DNA from: a virus
Strand: one strand, 5' to 3'
Virus record (IMG/VR): IMGVR_UViG_3300033141_003137
DNA: 25,871 bases
Shown here: positions 1 through 8,341 of the stretch, piece by piece
Layout: each line of letters starts with the position of its first letter
Numbering within the stretch: the first letter of the stretch is position 1
Made by a program: the position numbers and the translations under genes
The notes under the pieces: generated by a model
Told to the model about the DNA's origin: nothing
Database searches by the model: none
Seen by the model: the letters and a program-made list of their open reading frames with translations, nothing else

Positions 1-330
1 TCGTACTTCATCGGCGTCTTCGAGGGCGACGAGCTTGAGCTTGGTCGGACGAAGGTCGGGGAAAGCAAGACGCCGATGAAGCGCATCCGCGGGCTTCAGG
101 CCCAGCAGGGGTCTGGGTCGGTCCAGCTTTTGTTCCTTGGAGTGACGAAGCGCTACCACGAGAAGGAGCTGCACCGACGATTCACGGTGGAGCACGAGGT
201 CTTCGAGTGGTTCAGCTCGACGGAGAGGCTACTGGAGTTCGCTCAGAGGGCGTGCAGCCCGGCAGACCTTCACAGTCTACCGGGCTACGACTCGAAGTGG
301 GATGCTACGGCTCGGGGGTTATGGCCTTGA
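1..330 (+). CDS. 5'-truncated GIY-YIG/T5orf172 (MUG113-like) domain protein; in frame from position 1
   Basis: Frame-1 translation runs SYFIGVFEGDELELGRTK...KRIRGLQ...ELHRRF...EWF to a TGA at 328-330. The pattern KxGxT / RxxxL / ExxLHxxF / EWF resembles the T5orf172 GIY-YIG family. Confidence 0.5.
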   Translation, partial: SYFIGVFEGDELELGRTKVGESKTPMKRIRGLQAQQGSGSVQLLFLGVTKRYHEKELHRRFTVEHEVFEWFSSTERLLEFAQRACSPADLHSLPGYDSKWDATARGLWP

Positions 331-357
331 CGCCCAGCTGTTCTAGGTACTCGGGCT

Positions 358-1230
358 TCACCTCGACACCGAGAAGAAGGGTAGGAGAGCGTCGAGCAGA
401 GCTTCCTGTTGAGGCGTGGTGGCGATGAGAACAGCCCGTCGGTAGGGTTTACAGGCGACGTGTTGGTAGTCGCGGGGACTGCCCCAGTAGCAAGACTCGC
501 AGGTCGCGGGGTCTTGTGTTCCTTGCCAGTTAGGGCACTCGCGACAGTCACCATCCTTGTCGGTGTTGCAAGAGGGGCACAGAGGCTGAAGAGCGTCGAG
601 CCCTTGTTGTTCGACGAGTGAGTTACCGACCAACTCAAAGGGCACACGGTGATCAGCCTGAAGAGTTCTGTCTCCCTGGACGCCGCAGCGAACACAGCGG
701 CCCCCGTGGCGATTCTGCACCTCGGCCCGTTGTTGTCGTGACAGGTTGCGGCGACCTTCCCTTAGTTGGACGAACAGTTTGGGGGCGAACCTGTAGAGTG
801 TCGTTTGGCGACCTTTGGGTGAGGTCACCCGTTCACGGCTAAGGGGTAGGCCAAGTTCCTCGACGTGTCTGATGGCCATGGGGTCGTAGCGTTGTTTGAC
901 CTCTTCGGTGGTGACGGCGCCTTGAGCAAAAATGAGGTCACGAACATATCTGACCCGTGGGGGCAACTCCGGGCTGAGCAGGGCCTCGACGAACGCCTTG
1001 GTGGACTTGCTGACGAGGTCTCGGACGACGGTTCTGTCGGCCTGGGGGACAGCTTGAAGGATGGCTTGAACCTGTTGGTCCCCGGTATCGACCACCAGGA
1101 CTGCTTCGGGCTCGGGAATGAAGTCCTCGACGGAGCCAGTGGCCTCGGGTGGCGGCAGTGGAGGGGGAGCTGGTTTTGCCTCGGGCTGTTGGAACATCTC
1201 CATGAAGGAGGCAGGGTCGTCGTCATGCAT
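358..1230 (-). CDS. HNH endonuclease (McrA-like HNH core) with N- and C-terminal extensions; start at MHDDD (ATG complement at 1228-1230)
   Basis: Core reads CVRCG...LQADHRVP...GNS...LQPLCPSCNTDK (CxxC ... DH ... N ... CxxC). The longer track ORF reaching 1539 is an N-terminal artefact: a divergent + gene starts at 1272 and an operator-like palindrome lies at 1243-1261. Confidence 0.7.
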   Translation of the reverse strand: MHDDDPASFMEMFQQPEAKPAPPPLPPPEATGSVEDFIPEPEAVLVVDTGDQQVQAILQAVPQADRTVVRDLVSKSTKAFVEALLSPELPPRVRYVRDLIFAQGAVTTEEVKQRYDPMAIRHVEELGLPLSRERVTSPKGRQTTLYRFAPKLFVQLREGRRNLSRQQRAEVQNRHGGRCVRCGVQGDRTLQADHRVPFELVGNSLVEQQGLDALQPLCPSCNTDKDGDCRECPNWQGTQDPATCESCYWGSPRDYQHVACKPYRRAVLIATTPQQEALLDALLPFFSVSR

Positions 1231-1242
1231 AGACGTTCTACC

Positions 1243-1261
1243 TACACCGCCCGTCGGTGTA
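1243..1261. promoter_or_regulatory. Perfect inverted repeat TACACCG-cccgt-CGGTGTA between divergent genes (operator/promoter core, class A)
   Basis: Seen directly in the sequence. CGGTGTA at 1255-1261 lies exactly 10 nt before ATG 1272. The mirror half lies 12 nt from the minus ATG at 1230. Confidence 0.6.
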
Positions 1262-1271
1262 TCAACCAACC

Positions 1272-1487
1272 ATGACCTCTGCACGAGAGCTGCTGCGTCT
1301 GTTGACCTTCCGGGTTGTGGCTCCTGAGGGTGAGCGGCACGCGCTGTTGTTGCCGGTAAACGACCGTGAGGGGCTGGACCTGGCTCTACGAGTGGGCGGC
1401 GAGACCCAGCTGATGCACTTGGACGAGGCGGACCTGAACAAGGGGCCGGTGGAGCTGGCGAACGAGATTTTGGGGATGCTGAAGTGA
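1272..1487 (+). CDS. hypothetical small protein (71 aa)
   Basis: ORF MTSARELLRLLTFRVVAPEGERHALLLPV... with a class A motif 10 nt upstream. Confidence 0.5.
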   Translation: MTSARELLRLLTFRVVAPEGERHALLLPVNDREGLDLALRVGGETQLMHLDEADLNKGPVELANEILGMLK

Positions 1488-1523
1488 CGGACCTCATAGC
1501 TGCCAGGGCAGCCATTCGGCGAT

Positions 1524-2012
1524 GTGACGGTCTTTGCACAGACGAGCGTTTCGGCCACGGACGAGTACCCCATCCAGGAGTACGAGGACTACAGCTGGAA
1601 GTTCAAGGCGGGTGCTCGAACGCGACGTGACGCGTTTCGGGGTGTTTTGGCCGAGGTTGAGGCCAAGGTGCCGACCTGGGAGAAGCAGCTAGACCAAGAC
1701 TTGGTGTTTGCGACGCGCGTGGGGGGCCGTGTACGAGCTTTGAAGCCTGAGATGTACTGGCGGCCGGAGGGCATCAAAGTGGCCTACGAGACCAATGAGG
1801 ACGTGTCAGCGGCCATGCGGAAGGCTGAGGTTTCCATCGCCGTTGGCGATGTCTTCGACATCGTGAGTCACAAGCCTGGCAAGCTCTTGGTGCGGGCTCC
1901 CTGCGGTGACGACTTCTGGGTCTACCGGTGGAAGTTCTACAGCTGTCTGACGACGAACACTCCTGGTGAGCGGATCCCTAACCCTCACTACGAGTTCTTG
2001 GAGGTGCTGTGA
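1524..2012 (+). CDS. hypothetical protein (GTG start called by ORF track)
   Basis: 162-aa ORF with coding-like composition (W/Y/F/K content, high GC3). Its stop is followed immediately by the next gene's start (TGATG junction at 2010-2014). Confidence 0.45.
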   Translation: MTVFAQTSVSATDEYPIQEYEDYSWKFKAGARTRRDAFRGVLAEVEAKVPTWEKQLDQDLVFATRVGGRVRALKPEMYWRPEGIKVAYETNEDVSAAMRKAEVSIAVGDVFDIVSHKPGKLLVRAPCGDDFWVYRWKFYSCLTTNTPGERIPNPHYEFLEVL

Positions 2013-2317
2013 TGTGGGGCCTGACGCCGATACCGAAGAAGTGGACCATCTTCTTGGGCGGGTTGTTCGTGCTGGGACTGATTGCTGTCGTGGTGGGGCT
2101 GGTGTTGGTAGTCGTTTGGTCGGGGCCTCAATCGGTGGAGCACTGGAAGCAGGCGGACTCCTACGAACGAGACACGGTTATCGTGTTGCTCATCTTCATG
2201 AGCTGGATGACGAGGTCAAAGACGGAGTGCAAGTGCGGATCACAGAGGTTGAGGGGCCACACACCGTGGCCCCAGCTCCAGGAATGCAGACGGGGTACGG
2301 CTTCTGCTTGGACATGA
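2012..2317 (+). CDS. small membrane protein
   Basis: Hydrophobic stretch IFLGGLFVLGLIAVVVGLVLVVVW plus a second hydrophobic segment. ATG at 2012 overlaps the upstream stop. Confidence 0.45.
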   Translation: MWGLTPIPKKWTIFLGGLFVLGLIAVVVGLVLVVVWSGPQSVEHWKQADSYERDTVIVLLIFMSWMTRSKTECKCGSQRLRGHTPWPQLQECRRGTASAWT

Positions 2318-2460
2318 CGTCGGCGATGGGCTGTCCTGGGGTCTACGGCGGGTACGTTCGAGGTCCTAACCTGAGCTGTGAAAGTATAGGGTTTTGGACC
2401 TGCACGGGCCTGTTCCGGGCGGACTACGCCTGGGGCTACTGGCGAGTTGTAAGTCACTAG
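2314..2460 (+). CDS. small Cys/aromatic-rich protein (48 aa), translationally coupled via ATGA at 2314-2317
   Basis: MTSAMGCPGVYGGYVRGPNLSCESIGFWTCTGLFRADYAWGYWRVVSH. ATG 2314 overlaps the TGA of the previous gene. High GC3. Confidence 0.3.
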   Translation: MTSAMGCPGVYGGYVRGPNLSCESIGFWTCTGLFRADYAWGYWRVVSH

Positions 2461-2463
2461 GGG

Positions 2464-2497
2464 TCAACAAACCGGGCAGGTCCCTCGTAGACAGGTT
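2464..2497 (+). promoter_or_regulatory. Class B start-associated element (TCAACAAAC-N11-CTCGTAGAC, then 4 nt to ATG 2498); the only + strand copy
   Basis: Sequence gtCAACAAACcgggcaggtccCTCGTAGACaggttATG matches the consensus of the 7 minus-strand copies. Confidence 0.5.
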
Positions 2498-3580
2498 ATG
2501 GCCAAACAAGCCGAGCGTTTTCACGTAGGTCAAGTCATCGGGCAGCGGACGATTCTGAAGCTGCTGGGCACCCGAGGTCTGAAGAAGAAGGATACGTGGT
2601 GTCATGCTCGCTGCGTCTGCGGGTCAGAGCAGGATATCAAAGCATCTTCGTTGAGGCGCACCGAGAGCTGCGGGTGCCTCAAACGACCACAGCCCGGCGA
2701 AGTCTTCGGGGTTCGGACTGTGGTGTCGTCAGGGCCGAGGACTATCAAGGTACGCTGCGTCTGTGGCTCTGAGCAAGACCTGACCAGTCGGTACGACTTG
2801 AGGTATGCCTACTCGTGCGGGTGTGTGAAGCCGCCACAGGATGCAGAGGGACCTCGACGGGCTCGGATCGAGCAAAGGGTTCGACGAACCGACCTCAGCC
2901 AGTATCTTCTGGACATCGTCAGGAAGCGACAGGCCGTCCGAGATGGCAAGCTGGAGTGCTCCCTGACGCCGAAGGACTTTCAGATCCCGACCTTGTGCCC
3001 TGAGCGGAACGTTCCCTTACGGCTAGGCAACGGCGGCCAGAAGACAGCGAACAGCCCGACTGTGGTTCGTTTAGACCTGAGTTTGGGCTACGTGCCGGGC
3101 AACATCCGGATCATCTCGTGGGCGGCGGCCCAGGATCTCGCTCAACGACAACGAGCTGAGAAGAAGGCGGCTGCTCTAGCTATCGTTGAGGTAGCTCAGA
3201 GGGCTGAGCAGGAGGCCCAAGAAGTAGCTCAGAGGGCTGAGCAGGAGGCCCAAGAAGTAGCTCAAAGGGCTGAGCAGACGACTCGAAACATCGAACGACG
3301 AGAGAGGTGGATCAAGAGAACGGAGCAGTGGATCAAGGAGCTGGAGCGACCTGTCTACGACAAGAGGGTCTCGACCTTACCGTGTAGTGTTCGACTGGAT
3401 CGGGCGTTACAGCAGTTGGGGGTCGAGACCATCATGGATCTGTTGGCCTTGGGGCCGAAGTGCTTCCACGAGCAGCGAAACGTGGGTCGCACATCGGTCA
3501 AAGAGCTGGAGTGTCACATGAGGGATCTTGGTGTGATGTGGCCGAACCCGGCGACGATTTGGCTGCTCAACGAGGGGTAG
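2498..3580 (+). CDS. putative DNA-binding protein: duplicated CxCGSEQD...CGC zinc-motif, in-frame 11-aa tandem repeat, C-terminal RpoA alphaCTD-like helix-hairpin-helix
   Basis: Internal duplication HARCVCGSEQD...SCGCLKRPQ and KVRCVCGSEQD...SCGCVKPPQ. C-terminus LPCSVRLDRALQQLGVETIMDLL...RNVGRTSVKELECHMRDLG fits the alphaCTD HhH pattern (LSVR..N.L...GI.T..DL....G.KS..E....L...G). Confidence 0.6.
   Translation: MAKQAERFHVGQVIGQRTILKLLGTRGLKKKDTWCHARCVCGSEQDIKASSLRRTESCGCLKRPQPGEVFGVRTVVSSGPRTIKVRCVCGSEQDLTSRYDLRYAYSCGCVKPPQDAEGPRRARIEQRVRRTDLSQYLLDIVRKRQAVRDGKLECSLTPKDFQIPTLCPERNVPLRLGNGGQKTANSPTVVRLDLSLGYVPGNIRIISWAAAQDLAQRQRAEKKAAALAIVEVAQRAEQEAQEVAQRAEQEAQEVAQRAEQTTRNIERRERWIKRTEQWIKELERPVYDKRVSTLPCSVRLDRALQQLGVETIMDLLALGPKCFHEQRNVGRTSVKELECHMRDLGVMWPNPATIWLLNEG
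3191..3277 (+). repeat. 33-bp in-frame tandem repeat, about 2.6 copies (gtagctcagagggctgagcaggaggcccaagaa), encoding VAQRAEQEAQE repeats
   Basis: Two perfect copies at 3191-3223 and 3224-3256, then a partial third copy with one substitution. Confidence 0.85.
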
Positions 3581-3583
3581 TCT

Positions 3584-3600
3584 CGGTGTATGAGGGGACC
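3584..3600 (+). promoter_or_regulatory. Class A element CGGTGTA-N10-ATG (CGGTGTAtgaggggaccATG) with GAGGGG RBS
   Basis: Exact 10-nt spacing to ATG 3601. Confidence 0.55.
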
Positions 3601-3921
3601 ATGGGAGTGTTCCACCAACCTGACAAGACGAAGTGCCACTGCTGCGACGCCCTCAACTTCGGCGAGCCTGCCCCTGACTGTTCGGACTGTGGGGGGACGG
3701 GCAAGCCCAGGCCGAAGAAGGCTGAGCGCAAGATGGCGGATTGCTGCGACGAGGGTCGGCGGCTGATCATCGAGCTGGACAACGACCAGAAGGCGTTCCC
3801 AGGTTTCAAGCACATGAGGCTCCAGGTGAGCACCCCGTCGGGGAGCCTACACGGGAACATGCCGATCTTCTACTGCCCCTGGTGTGGGACGAAGTTCGAG
3901 GACCCTAACCCCGGTGTATAG
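3601..3921 (+). CDS. Cys-rich zinc-ribbon protein (106 aa)
   Basis: MGVFHQPDKTKCHCCDALNFGEPAPDCSDCGGTG...YCPWCGTKF. The start was moved to 3601 on the basis of the RBS and class A motif, rather than the track start 3460. Confidence 0.55.
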   Translation: MGVFHQPDKTKCHCCDALNFGEPAPDCSDCGGTGKPRPKKAERKMADCCDEGRRLIIELDNDQKAFPGFKHMRLQVSTPSGSLHGNMPIFYCPWCGTKFEDPNPGV

Positions 3922-3928
3922 AGGACCT
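3912..3928 (+). promoter_or_regulatory. Class A element CGGTGTAtagaggacctATG with AGAGGA RBS
   Basis: Exact 10-nt spacing to ATG 3929. Confidence 0.55.
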
Positions 3929-4096
3929 ATGAACAAGCCGATTGAGGAAATCTGCAAGACGTGCGAGTTCTGGGGCCGGTCATCGGGTGCGTTTGGGGTC
4001 TGTGTTGGCCCCGAACCGGCTGAGCGGGCGGCAGAGACGGACACCTGCAAGCACTGGAAGCTCAAGCAGGGGCTCGCTGATGTGGCAGCTCCTTGA
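3929..4096 (+). CDS. small Cys-containing protein (55 aa)
   Basis: MNKPIEEICKTCEFWGRSSGAFGVCVG...CKHWKLKQG. Start chosen at the RBS-preceded ATG. Confidence 0.45.
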   Translation: MNKPIEEICKTCEFWGRSSGAFGVCVGPEPAERAAETDTCKHWKLKQGLADVAAP

Positions 4097-4388
4097 AGAG
4101 GTCGCCGACTACCCTGACGGCGAGCCATTCCACCATCATCCTCCCCACCAGCGGGTCTACGGCTGGAAGGGCGAGCAGTGGCCGAAGCTGGTGATCACCC
4201 TCTACGGTGGTGATCCCTTGGCTGTGACGCATGATCCCGTCGTTGGTGAAGAGCCCTTCGTGGGGTTGAAGGTCTCGTGCTCGGCCCAGAAGTCACCGGA
4301 GCACTGGTGGCATGACGACTACCCCATCCCTGTCGAGCTGCTACCGGACCTTATCCAGCTCTTGGAGAGCTACCCCTCCGGTGTATGA
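4080..4388 (+). CDS. hypothetical protein (102 aa)
   Basis: MWQLLEEVADYPDGEPFHHHPPHQRVYGWKGEQWPKL... Overlaps the 3' end of the previous gene by 17 nt in another frame. Confidence 0.45.
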   Translation: MWQLLEEVADYPDGEPFHHHPPHQRVYGWKGEQWPKLVITLYGGDPLAVTHDPVVGEEPFVGLKVSCSAQKSPEHWWHDDYPIPVELLPDLIQLLESYPSGV

Positions 4389-5104
4389 TGACTGGCATGA
4401 TGGTCTTCAAGCAGATGGATGAGTGGACGACCCCCAAGCTGACGGGGTTCACTGGCATCGACCTGGGCAACTACGAGGTCGCCAAGGAACTGAGCCCTGT
4501 CATCCAGCAAGCGATGGTGGAGCGGCTGGACGTTCTCTGTTCCCAGGTTCATCTGAGCAACAACCAGATCAAGGTCTTGTCTGAGGACTACGGTGTTTCG
4601 TACGAGCAGGACCTCCCCGAGGGATTCGTAGAAGCGTTGCGGGTGGTGTCGGCGGGACCTCGCCCACCGTGGCCTGTCCCTGAGCCTCCGCCGGAGGTAG
4701 CGGCCCGGCTGGACAAGCTCGATGAGATTTTGTTCAGCCCACATGGGATGGGGTTGAAGGGCCGTGTGTTCATGAACGCGGTGACGTTTGCGGACGTTCG
4801 GAAGTGGCATCGCAATCAATTTGAGCCCATCTCTGAGGCGGCGTTGCTCAAGATGGGGTGGATGGGTAAGCTCTACCATCCGATGTTCGACTACCAGGGA
4901 GCTTACAAGGCAGGGATGACCTTGGAGACGGGGCGGCAAATCTGGCTCACGCGATTGGTGCCTCCGCACTTCCTCTTCATCGACAAGCTGGAGACGATGA
5001 CCCCGTTCCCTCGGGCGGTGGCTCCGTCTGACGACGAGCTGATCCCCTTGCAGGACGACTGTGTGGCGAAACCGATCCCGATCCCCCAGGAGTTGGAGTC
5101 ATGA
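4385..5104 (+). CDS. hypothetical protein (about 235 aa; start at 4385, 4388 or 4397)
   Basis: Long coding-like ORF. CGGTGTA at 4379-4385 lies 11 nt before ATG 4397. Confidence 0.55.
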   Translation: MMTGMMVFKQMDEWTTPKLTGFTGIDLGNYEVAKELSPVIQQAMVERLDVLCSQVHLSNNQIKVLSEDYGVSYEQDLPEGFVEALRVVSAGPRPPWPVPEPPPEVAARLDKLDEILFSPHGMGLKGRVFMNAVTFADVRKWHRNQFEPISEAALLKMGWMGKLYHPMFDYQGAYKAGMTLETGRQIWLTRLVPPHFLFIDKLETMTPFPRAVAPSDDELIPLQDDCVAKPIPIPQELES

Positions 5105-5859
5105 AGCGACGAGACATGTTGAAGGGCGTGGCAGTGGCCGCTGCGGGTACGTTCATCAGCCTTCGAGCTACCAAGGGTGAGGCCAAGACGGTCCAGACCC
5201 TGACGAGCGAGACGTACAGCGGTGAGACCCGTCGGATGAAGGTCGAGCTACACGTCTACCCGGACAAGGACGGCAAGTTCAACGGTCGGTTCCAAGAGCT
5301 GGTGGAGGACTGGTGGCAGCGCAACGATGAGCACTTCCGACCCGTCGAGGCCATCGCCTTCGAGCCCTTGATGGAGGACGGTGAGCAGTGGCTCGTTCAC
5401 TCGGCGTGGAAGTCCGTCTCGAAGGACAACCTCTCGACGCTCTACACCGAGGGTCGGAACATCTTCCGCGAGCACCGGTGGAGTGTCATCGACCGAGCGG
5501 TCTACCTCCGTGAGATGGGCTACTGGCGGCAGGAGTACGGGCCGCAGTTCAAGGGGATGCTCGATGGTGGCGGCATGTCGCCCGGCACCGCTCACTGGCG
5601 CATGTTTCGTCGGGTGGTCCGCAAGAGGCTTCACAAGGTGGTGGTTCGGTTCGAGGCGGTCTCGTTGGCGGACATCGAGCGCTACTCAGATGGTGAATAC
5701 GGCCAGCTGGAGCTGGAGGCTCTGGTGTGGGAGGACCTCCGCAAGGAAGGCAAGCTCACCCCTCGGACCTACTTCGAGCAGCAGAATGAGCGATTCGACC
5801 GGCTGGGCCAGCTGGAGGTTGAGGCTCTTGAGAGTTCTTCGATGACGCCGTCGGTGTGA
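5101..5859 (+). CDS. Tat-signal (twin-arginine) exported protein
   Basis: N-terminus MKRRDMLKGVAVAAAGTFISLRA has an RRxxLK motif followed by a hydrophobic stretch. ATGA overlap with the upstream gene. Confidence 0.55.
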   Translation: MKRRDMLKGVAVAAAGTFISLRATKGEAKTVQTLTSETYSGETRRMKVELHVYPDKDGKFNGRFQELVEDWWQRNDEHFRPVEAIAFEPLMEDGEQWLVHSAWKSVSKDNLSTLYTEGRNIFREHRWSVIDRAVYLREMGYWRQEYGPQFKGMLDGGGMSPGTAHWRMFRRVVRKRLHKVVVRFEAVSLADIERYSDGEYGQLELEALVWEDLRKEGKLTPRTYFEQQNERFDRLGQLEVEALESSSMTPSV

Positions 5860-6059
5860 TGAAGCGGGGATTCCAACCGATTGGAGAGCGGCCTGGAGGC
5901 AAGCGAGTCCTCAAGAAGGTCCAGCTCTCCGACGGTCGTGAGATCGAGTTTGAGGTCTTCGTCATCGATCAGCCGCCCCCTGCCGAGGTGGAGACTGGAG
6001 TCCAGCCGAAGTGTTCCCCCGGCAGCTTCGGTCACGTACCTCGGCGGGGGTCTAGCTAG
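5859..6059 (+). CDS. small hypothetical protein (66 aa)
   Basis: MKRGFQPIGERPGGKRVLKKVQLSDGREIEFEVFVIDQPP. TGATG overlap with the upstream stop. Confidence 0.35.
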   Translation: MKRGFQPIGERPGGKRVLKKVQLSDGREIEFEVFVIDQPPPAEVETGVQPKCSPGSFGHVPRRGSS

Positions 6060-6276
6060 CTTCCTGGTCGATCATCTGGTCGACCAGGAGGTATGCCCGC
6101 TTTGGCCCAATGGTGGGCTTCAGCTCGTCGAAGGTACCCATCAGCTCGTGGGAGCGCTCTTCGATGATGGCCCAGCAGGAGTCACACCAGGGGCCAAGGG
6201 GCTGCTGGTAGTCACCGCGGGTGTAGATCCGTTCGGGACCTGAGTTGGGGCAACCTGCTTGCTGGCACTTCGTCAT
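6052..6276 (-). CDS. Cys-rich zinc-finger small protein (74 aa)
   Basis: MTKCQQAGCPNSGPERIYTRGDYQQPLGPWCDSCWAIIEE. Confidence 0.5.
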   Translation of the reverse strand: MTKCQQAGCPNSGPERIYTRGDYQQPLGPWCDSCWAIIEERSHELMGTFDELKPTIGPKRAYLLVDQMIDQEAS

Positions 6277-6320
6277 GTGGCTAGGAGGGCGACTGTAGCA
6301 GCGACAGTGATGGGGATCAC

Positions 6321-6746
6321 CTACCGTGTACCGACGAACGACTTCATGACCTTGAGCAGTGGGTTGGCCACTTCCATCCCGTCCATGGTCTCGTTGAACT
6401 TGAGGTCCTTTTCCATGTGTCCCCGCATGGGGTGGTCGTAGCGGACTTCACCTTCGAGGGTTTCGCCTCGCCAAGACAGCTCGACTCGTAGCACCCATTC
6501 GAGGTCCGCGGCGTCGGTGCCGTTGACGATGATGTGGGGGGCGTTACCACCTTCGACGTTTTGGATGGTGGTGCGTCCTGGGAAGCGGTTGACCATCTCG
6601 GTCAGGGCTGTGAGGATGTCCCTCGCCCAGCCGACCTTGATCTCCCAGATGGTCATGTGCTGGAGGTTGAGGCTCCGACCGCCGAGGACGACCTCGAAGG
6701 CTTCCTTGCTGTGGCCTTGGCGAGCCAGCTCTGCTGCGTCCCTCAT
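6321..6746 (-). CDS. hypothetical protein (141 aa)
   Basis: Coding-like ORF inside the minus-strand block 6052-7482. Confidence 0.5.
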   Translation of the reverse strand: MRDAAELARQGHSKEAFEVVLGGRSLNLQHMTIWEIKVGWARDILTALTEMVNRFPGRTTIQNVEGGNAPHIIVNGTDAADLEWVLRVELSWRGETLEGEVRYDHPMRGHMEKDLKFNETMDGMEVANPLLKVMKSFVGTR

Positions 6747-6769
6747 ATCGGTGGTGACCTACAAGAAGA

Positions 6770-7039
6770 CTACCTGGGCCGAGGCCCCTCTTTGACCCTG
6801 GCAACGACACCGCCTTCTCGGGCAGCGTTGTAGGCGTAATCGTACTGGCTGTTGGGGTCGGAGACCCTCTCGATAGAGCCAAACTCCTGACGAAGGTGGG
6901 TCTCCAAGTCCTCTCGGGTTGAGAACCATCTGCGAGCGCCCCAGCCGAAGTGGGCACAGAGCTGCTCTTTACGGGGCTGGGGCTGCTCCAGGGGGCCACC
7001 CAAGATCATGTCGTCGAAGAGACAGAGCTGCTGTGTCAT
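6770..7039 (-). CDS. hypothetical protein (89 aa)
   Basis: ATGA overlap with the upstream gene (7036-7039). Confidence 0.45.
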   Translation of the reverse strand: MTQQLCLFDDMILGGPLEQPQPRKEQLCAHFGWGARRWFSTREDLETHLRQEFGSIERVSDPNSQYDYAYNAAREGGVVARVKEGPRPR

Positions 7040-7482
7040 TGGGGCTTCCCATCGCCTTCCATCATCTTGTGGAGATGAGCTTCAGGGCCTTCTCCGTGGA
7101 TGACCTTGGCCTTACCCATGGCGGTCATGCAGGCAGCCATGGCATGCATCATGGTGACACCGGGATCAGGTTGGCTCCAACCCCCTGAGTTGCGCATTTC
7201 CAGGAGCAGGGCCTTGGGGTCCTTGTTGACCTTCTTGGCCACTTCGATTCGCTGGTCGGTCGTTTGGAAGTAGATCCTCATGGGTTTCTGGGCGGCCTTA
7301 GCGGCGTGGAGCATGTAGCGGAACCAGGAGCCGCAGCCCTTACACTCAAAGCCAATCCAGGTGTTGAAGACGGTGTTGCCTTGGTGTTCCTTGGAGGCGA
7401 TGAGGCGACCCTCCCCGCAGTCGTGCTCGCAGACGGCTGTGAAGAACTCGCGGATGTCTTTGAAGTCGATGGGATCGCTCAT
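7036..7482 (-). CDS. hypothetical Cys-containing protein (148 aa); first gene of the minus block
   Basis: MSDPIDFKDIREFFTAVCEHDCGEG... A class A motif (complement of 7493-7499) lies exactly 10 nt upstream. Confidence 0.55.
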   Translation of the reverse strand: MSDPIDFKDIREFFTAVCEHDCGEGRLIASKEHQGNTVFNTWIGFECKGCGSWFRYMLHAAKAAQKPMRIYFQTTDQRIEVAKKVNKDPKALLLEMRNSGGWSQPDPGVTMMHAMAACMTAMGKAKVIHGEGPEAHLHKMMEGDGKPQ

Positions 7483-7512
7483 GTGGTGTACCTACACCGG
7501 ATCACGTGATCC
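7483..7512. promoter_or_regulatory. Divergent control region: everted repeat GGTGTAccTACACC (7485-7498) overlapping the 14-bp perfect palindrome GGATCACGTGATCC (7499-7512)
   Basis: Seen directly in the sequence. The TACACCG half serves minus gene 7482 at N10. Confidence 0.55.
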
Positions 7513-7535
7513 TTTGATGCCGCCTGCAAATCAAG

Positions 7536-8297
7536 ATGGCCTACTCCTACGACAGACGAGCGTCCGCGATGCTCAGCCCCGAGTACCTGGCCAAGCTCAT
7601 TTCGAAGCTCGACCCGATGCTGGTGGCCGACGCCCCCATGAGGCTTGAGCGGCTCCGAAAGGACCTGGCCAGCGAGGCGTTGCCTCCTTTCCCCATCGCG
7701 GGGCTAGAGGACTACCTACGGGATTGGCGCGTTGGTGAAGACGAGATTGAGCACGTCCTCAGCATCAAGCTCCGAGCCCCTCGGAAGAAGCGACAGACCA
7801 GGACCTTCTCGGACGCCTACATGGCAATGGGAAAGTTGATGGGGGTTTCGATCATCTTCGACGGGCGGCTCATGCACGAGGATTCTGCCCCCGCTGCTGT
7901 CGAGGCGTGGGCCAAGGGGTTCCGTAAGGTGAAGCCCAAGGCCAAAGCTCTTTTTGCACAGCTGGTCAAGAAGGTTGAGCTGCAACGTCCCTATGGGTCT
8001 GAAGACGCCATGTGGAAGCACAGCGATGTGATGGCCCTCTCGGTCAAGGCTTCGCCCCCAACGCCGGTCTCCGCGGCTCGATCAATCACCCATGAGCTGG
8101 GGCACGCGGTCGAGGAAGCCCGAAACGTCAACCTCATGATCGCACCGTGGGGGGAGCCTCCCTTCATCACGGACTACGCCGAGTACAAGCCGCACGTCGA
8201 GGACTTCGCTGAGAGCTTCCGGGTGTTCATCGAGCGTCCCAGCGAGCTACGAAAAGTGGCTCCGGCCAAGTACGCAGCTCTGCGAACGATTGTCTGA
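7536..8297 (+). CDS. putative zinc metallopeptidase (HExxH)
   Basis: SITHELGHAVEE with acidic residues downstream. 253 aa. Confidence 0.45.
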   Translation: MAYSYDRRASAMLSPEYLAKLISKLDPMLVADAPMRLERLRKDLASEALPPFPIAGLEDYLRDWRVGEDEIEHVLSIKLRAPRKKRQTRTFSDAYMAMGKLMGVSIIFDGRLMHEDSAPAAVEAWAKGFRKVKPKAKALFAQLVKKVELQRPYGSEDAMWKHSDVMALSVKASPPTPVSAARSITHELGHAVEEARNVNLMIAPWGEPPFITDYAEYKPHVEDFAESFRVFIERPSELRKVAPAKYAALRTIV

Positions 8298-8305
8298 TCG
8301 CTGTT

Positions 8306-8322
8306 CGGTGTATGAACCAGGG
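8306..8322 (+). promoter_or_regulatory. Class A element CGGTGTAtgaaccagggGTG; the GTG opens a 49-codon Arg-rich frame
   Basis: Exact N10 spacing to GTG 8323. Confidence 0.35.
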
Positions 8323-8341
8323 GTGAGGGACACGCTACAGC

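Noticed and set aside
1231-1539. N-terminal 103 codons of the track ORF 358..1539 (minus)
   Set aside because: The extension runs antisense through the + gene 1272..1487 and across the TACACCG/CGGTGTA operator. The internal ATG at 1230 (MHDDD...) gives a sensible intergenic region.
3191-3277. Tandem repeat considered as a CRISPR or minisatellite array
   Set aside because: It has only 2.6 units, is in frame inside a coding sequence, and has no spacers. It is a coding repeat.
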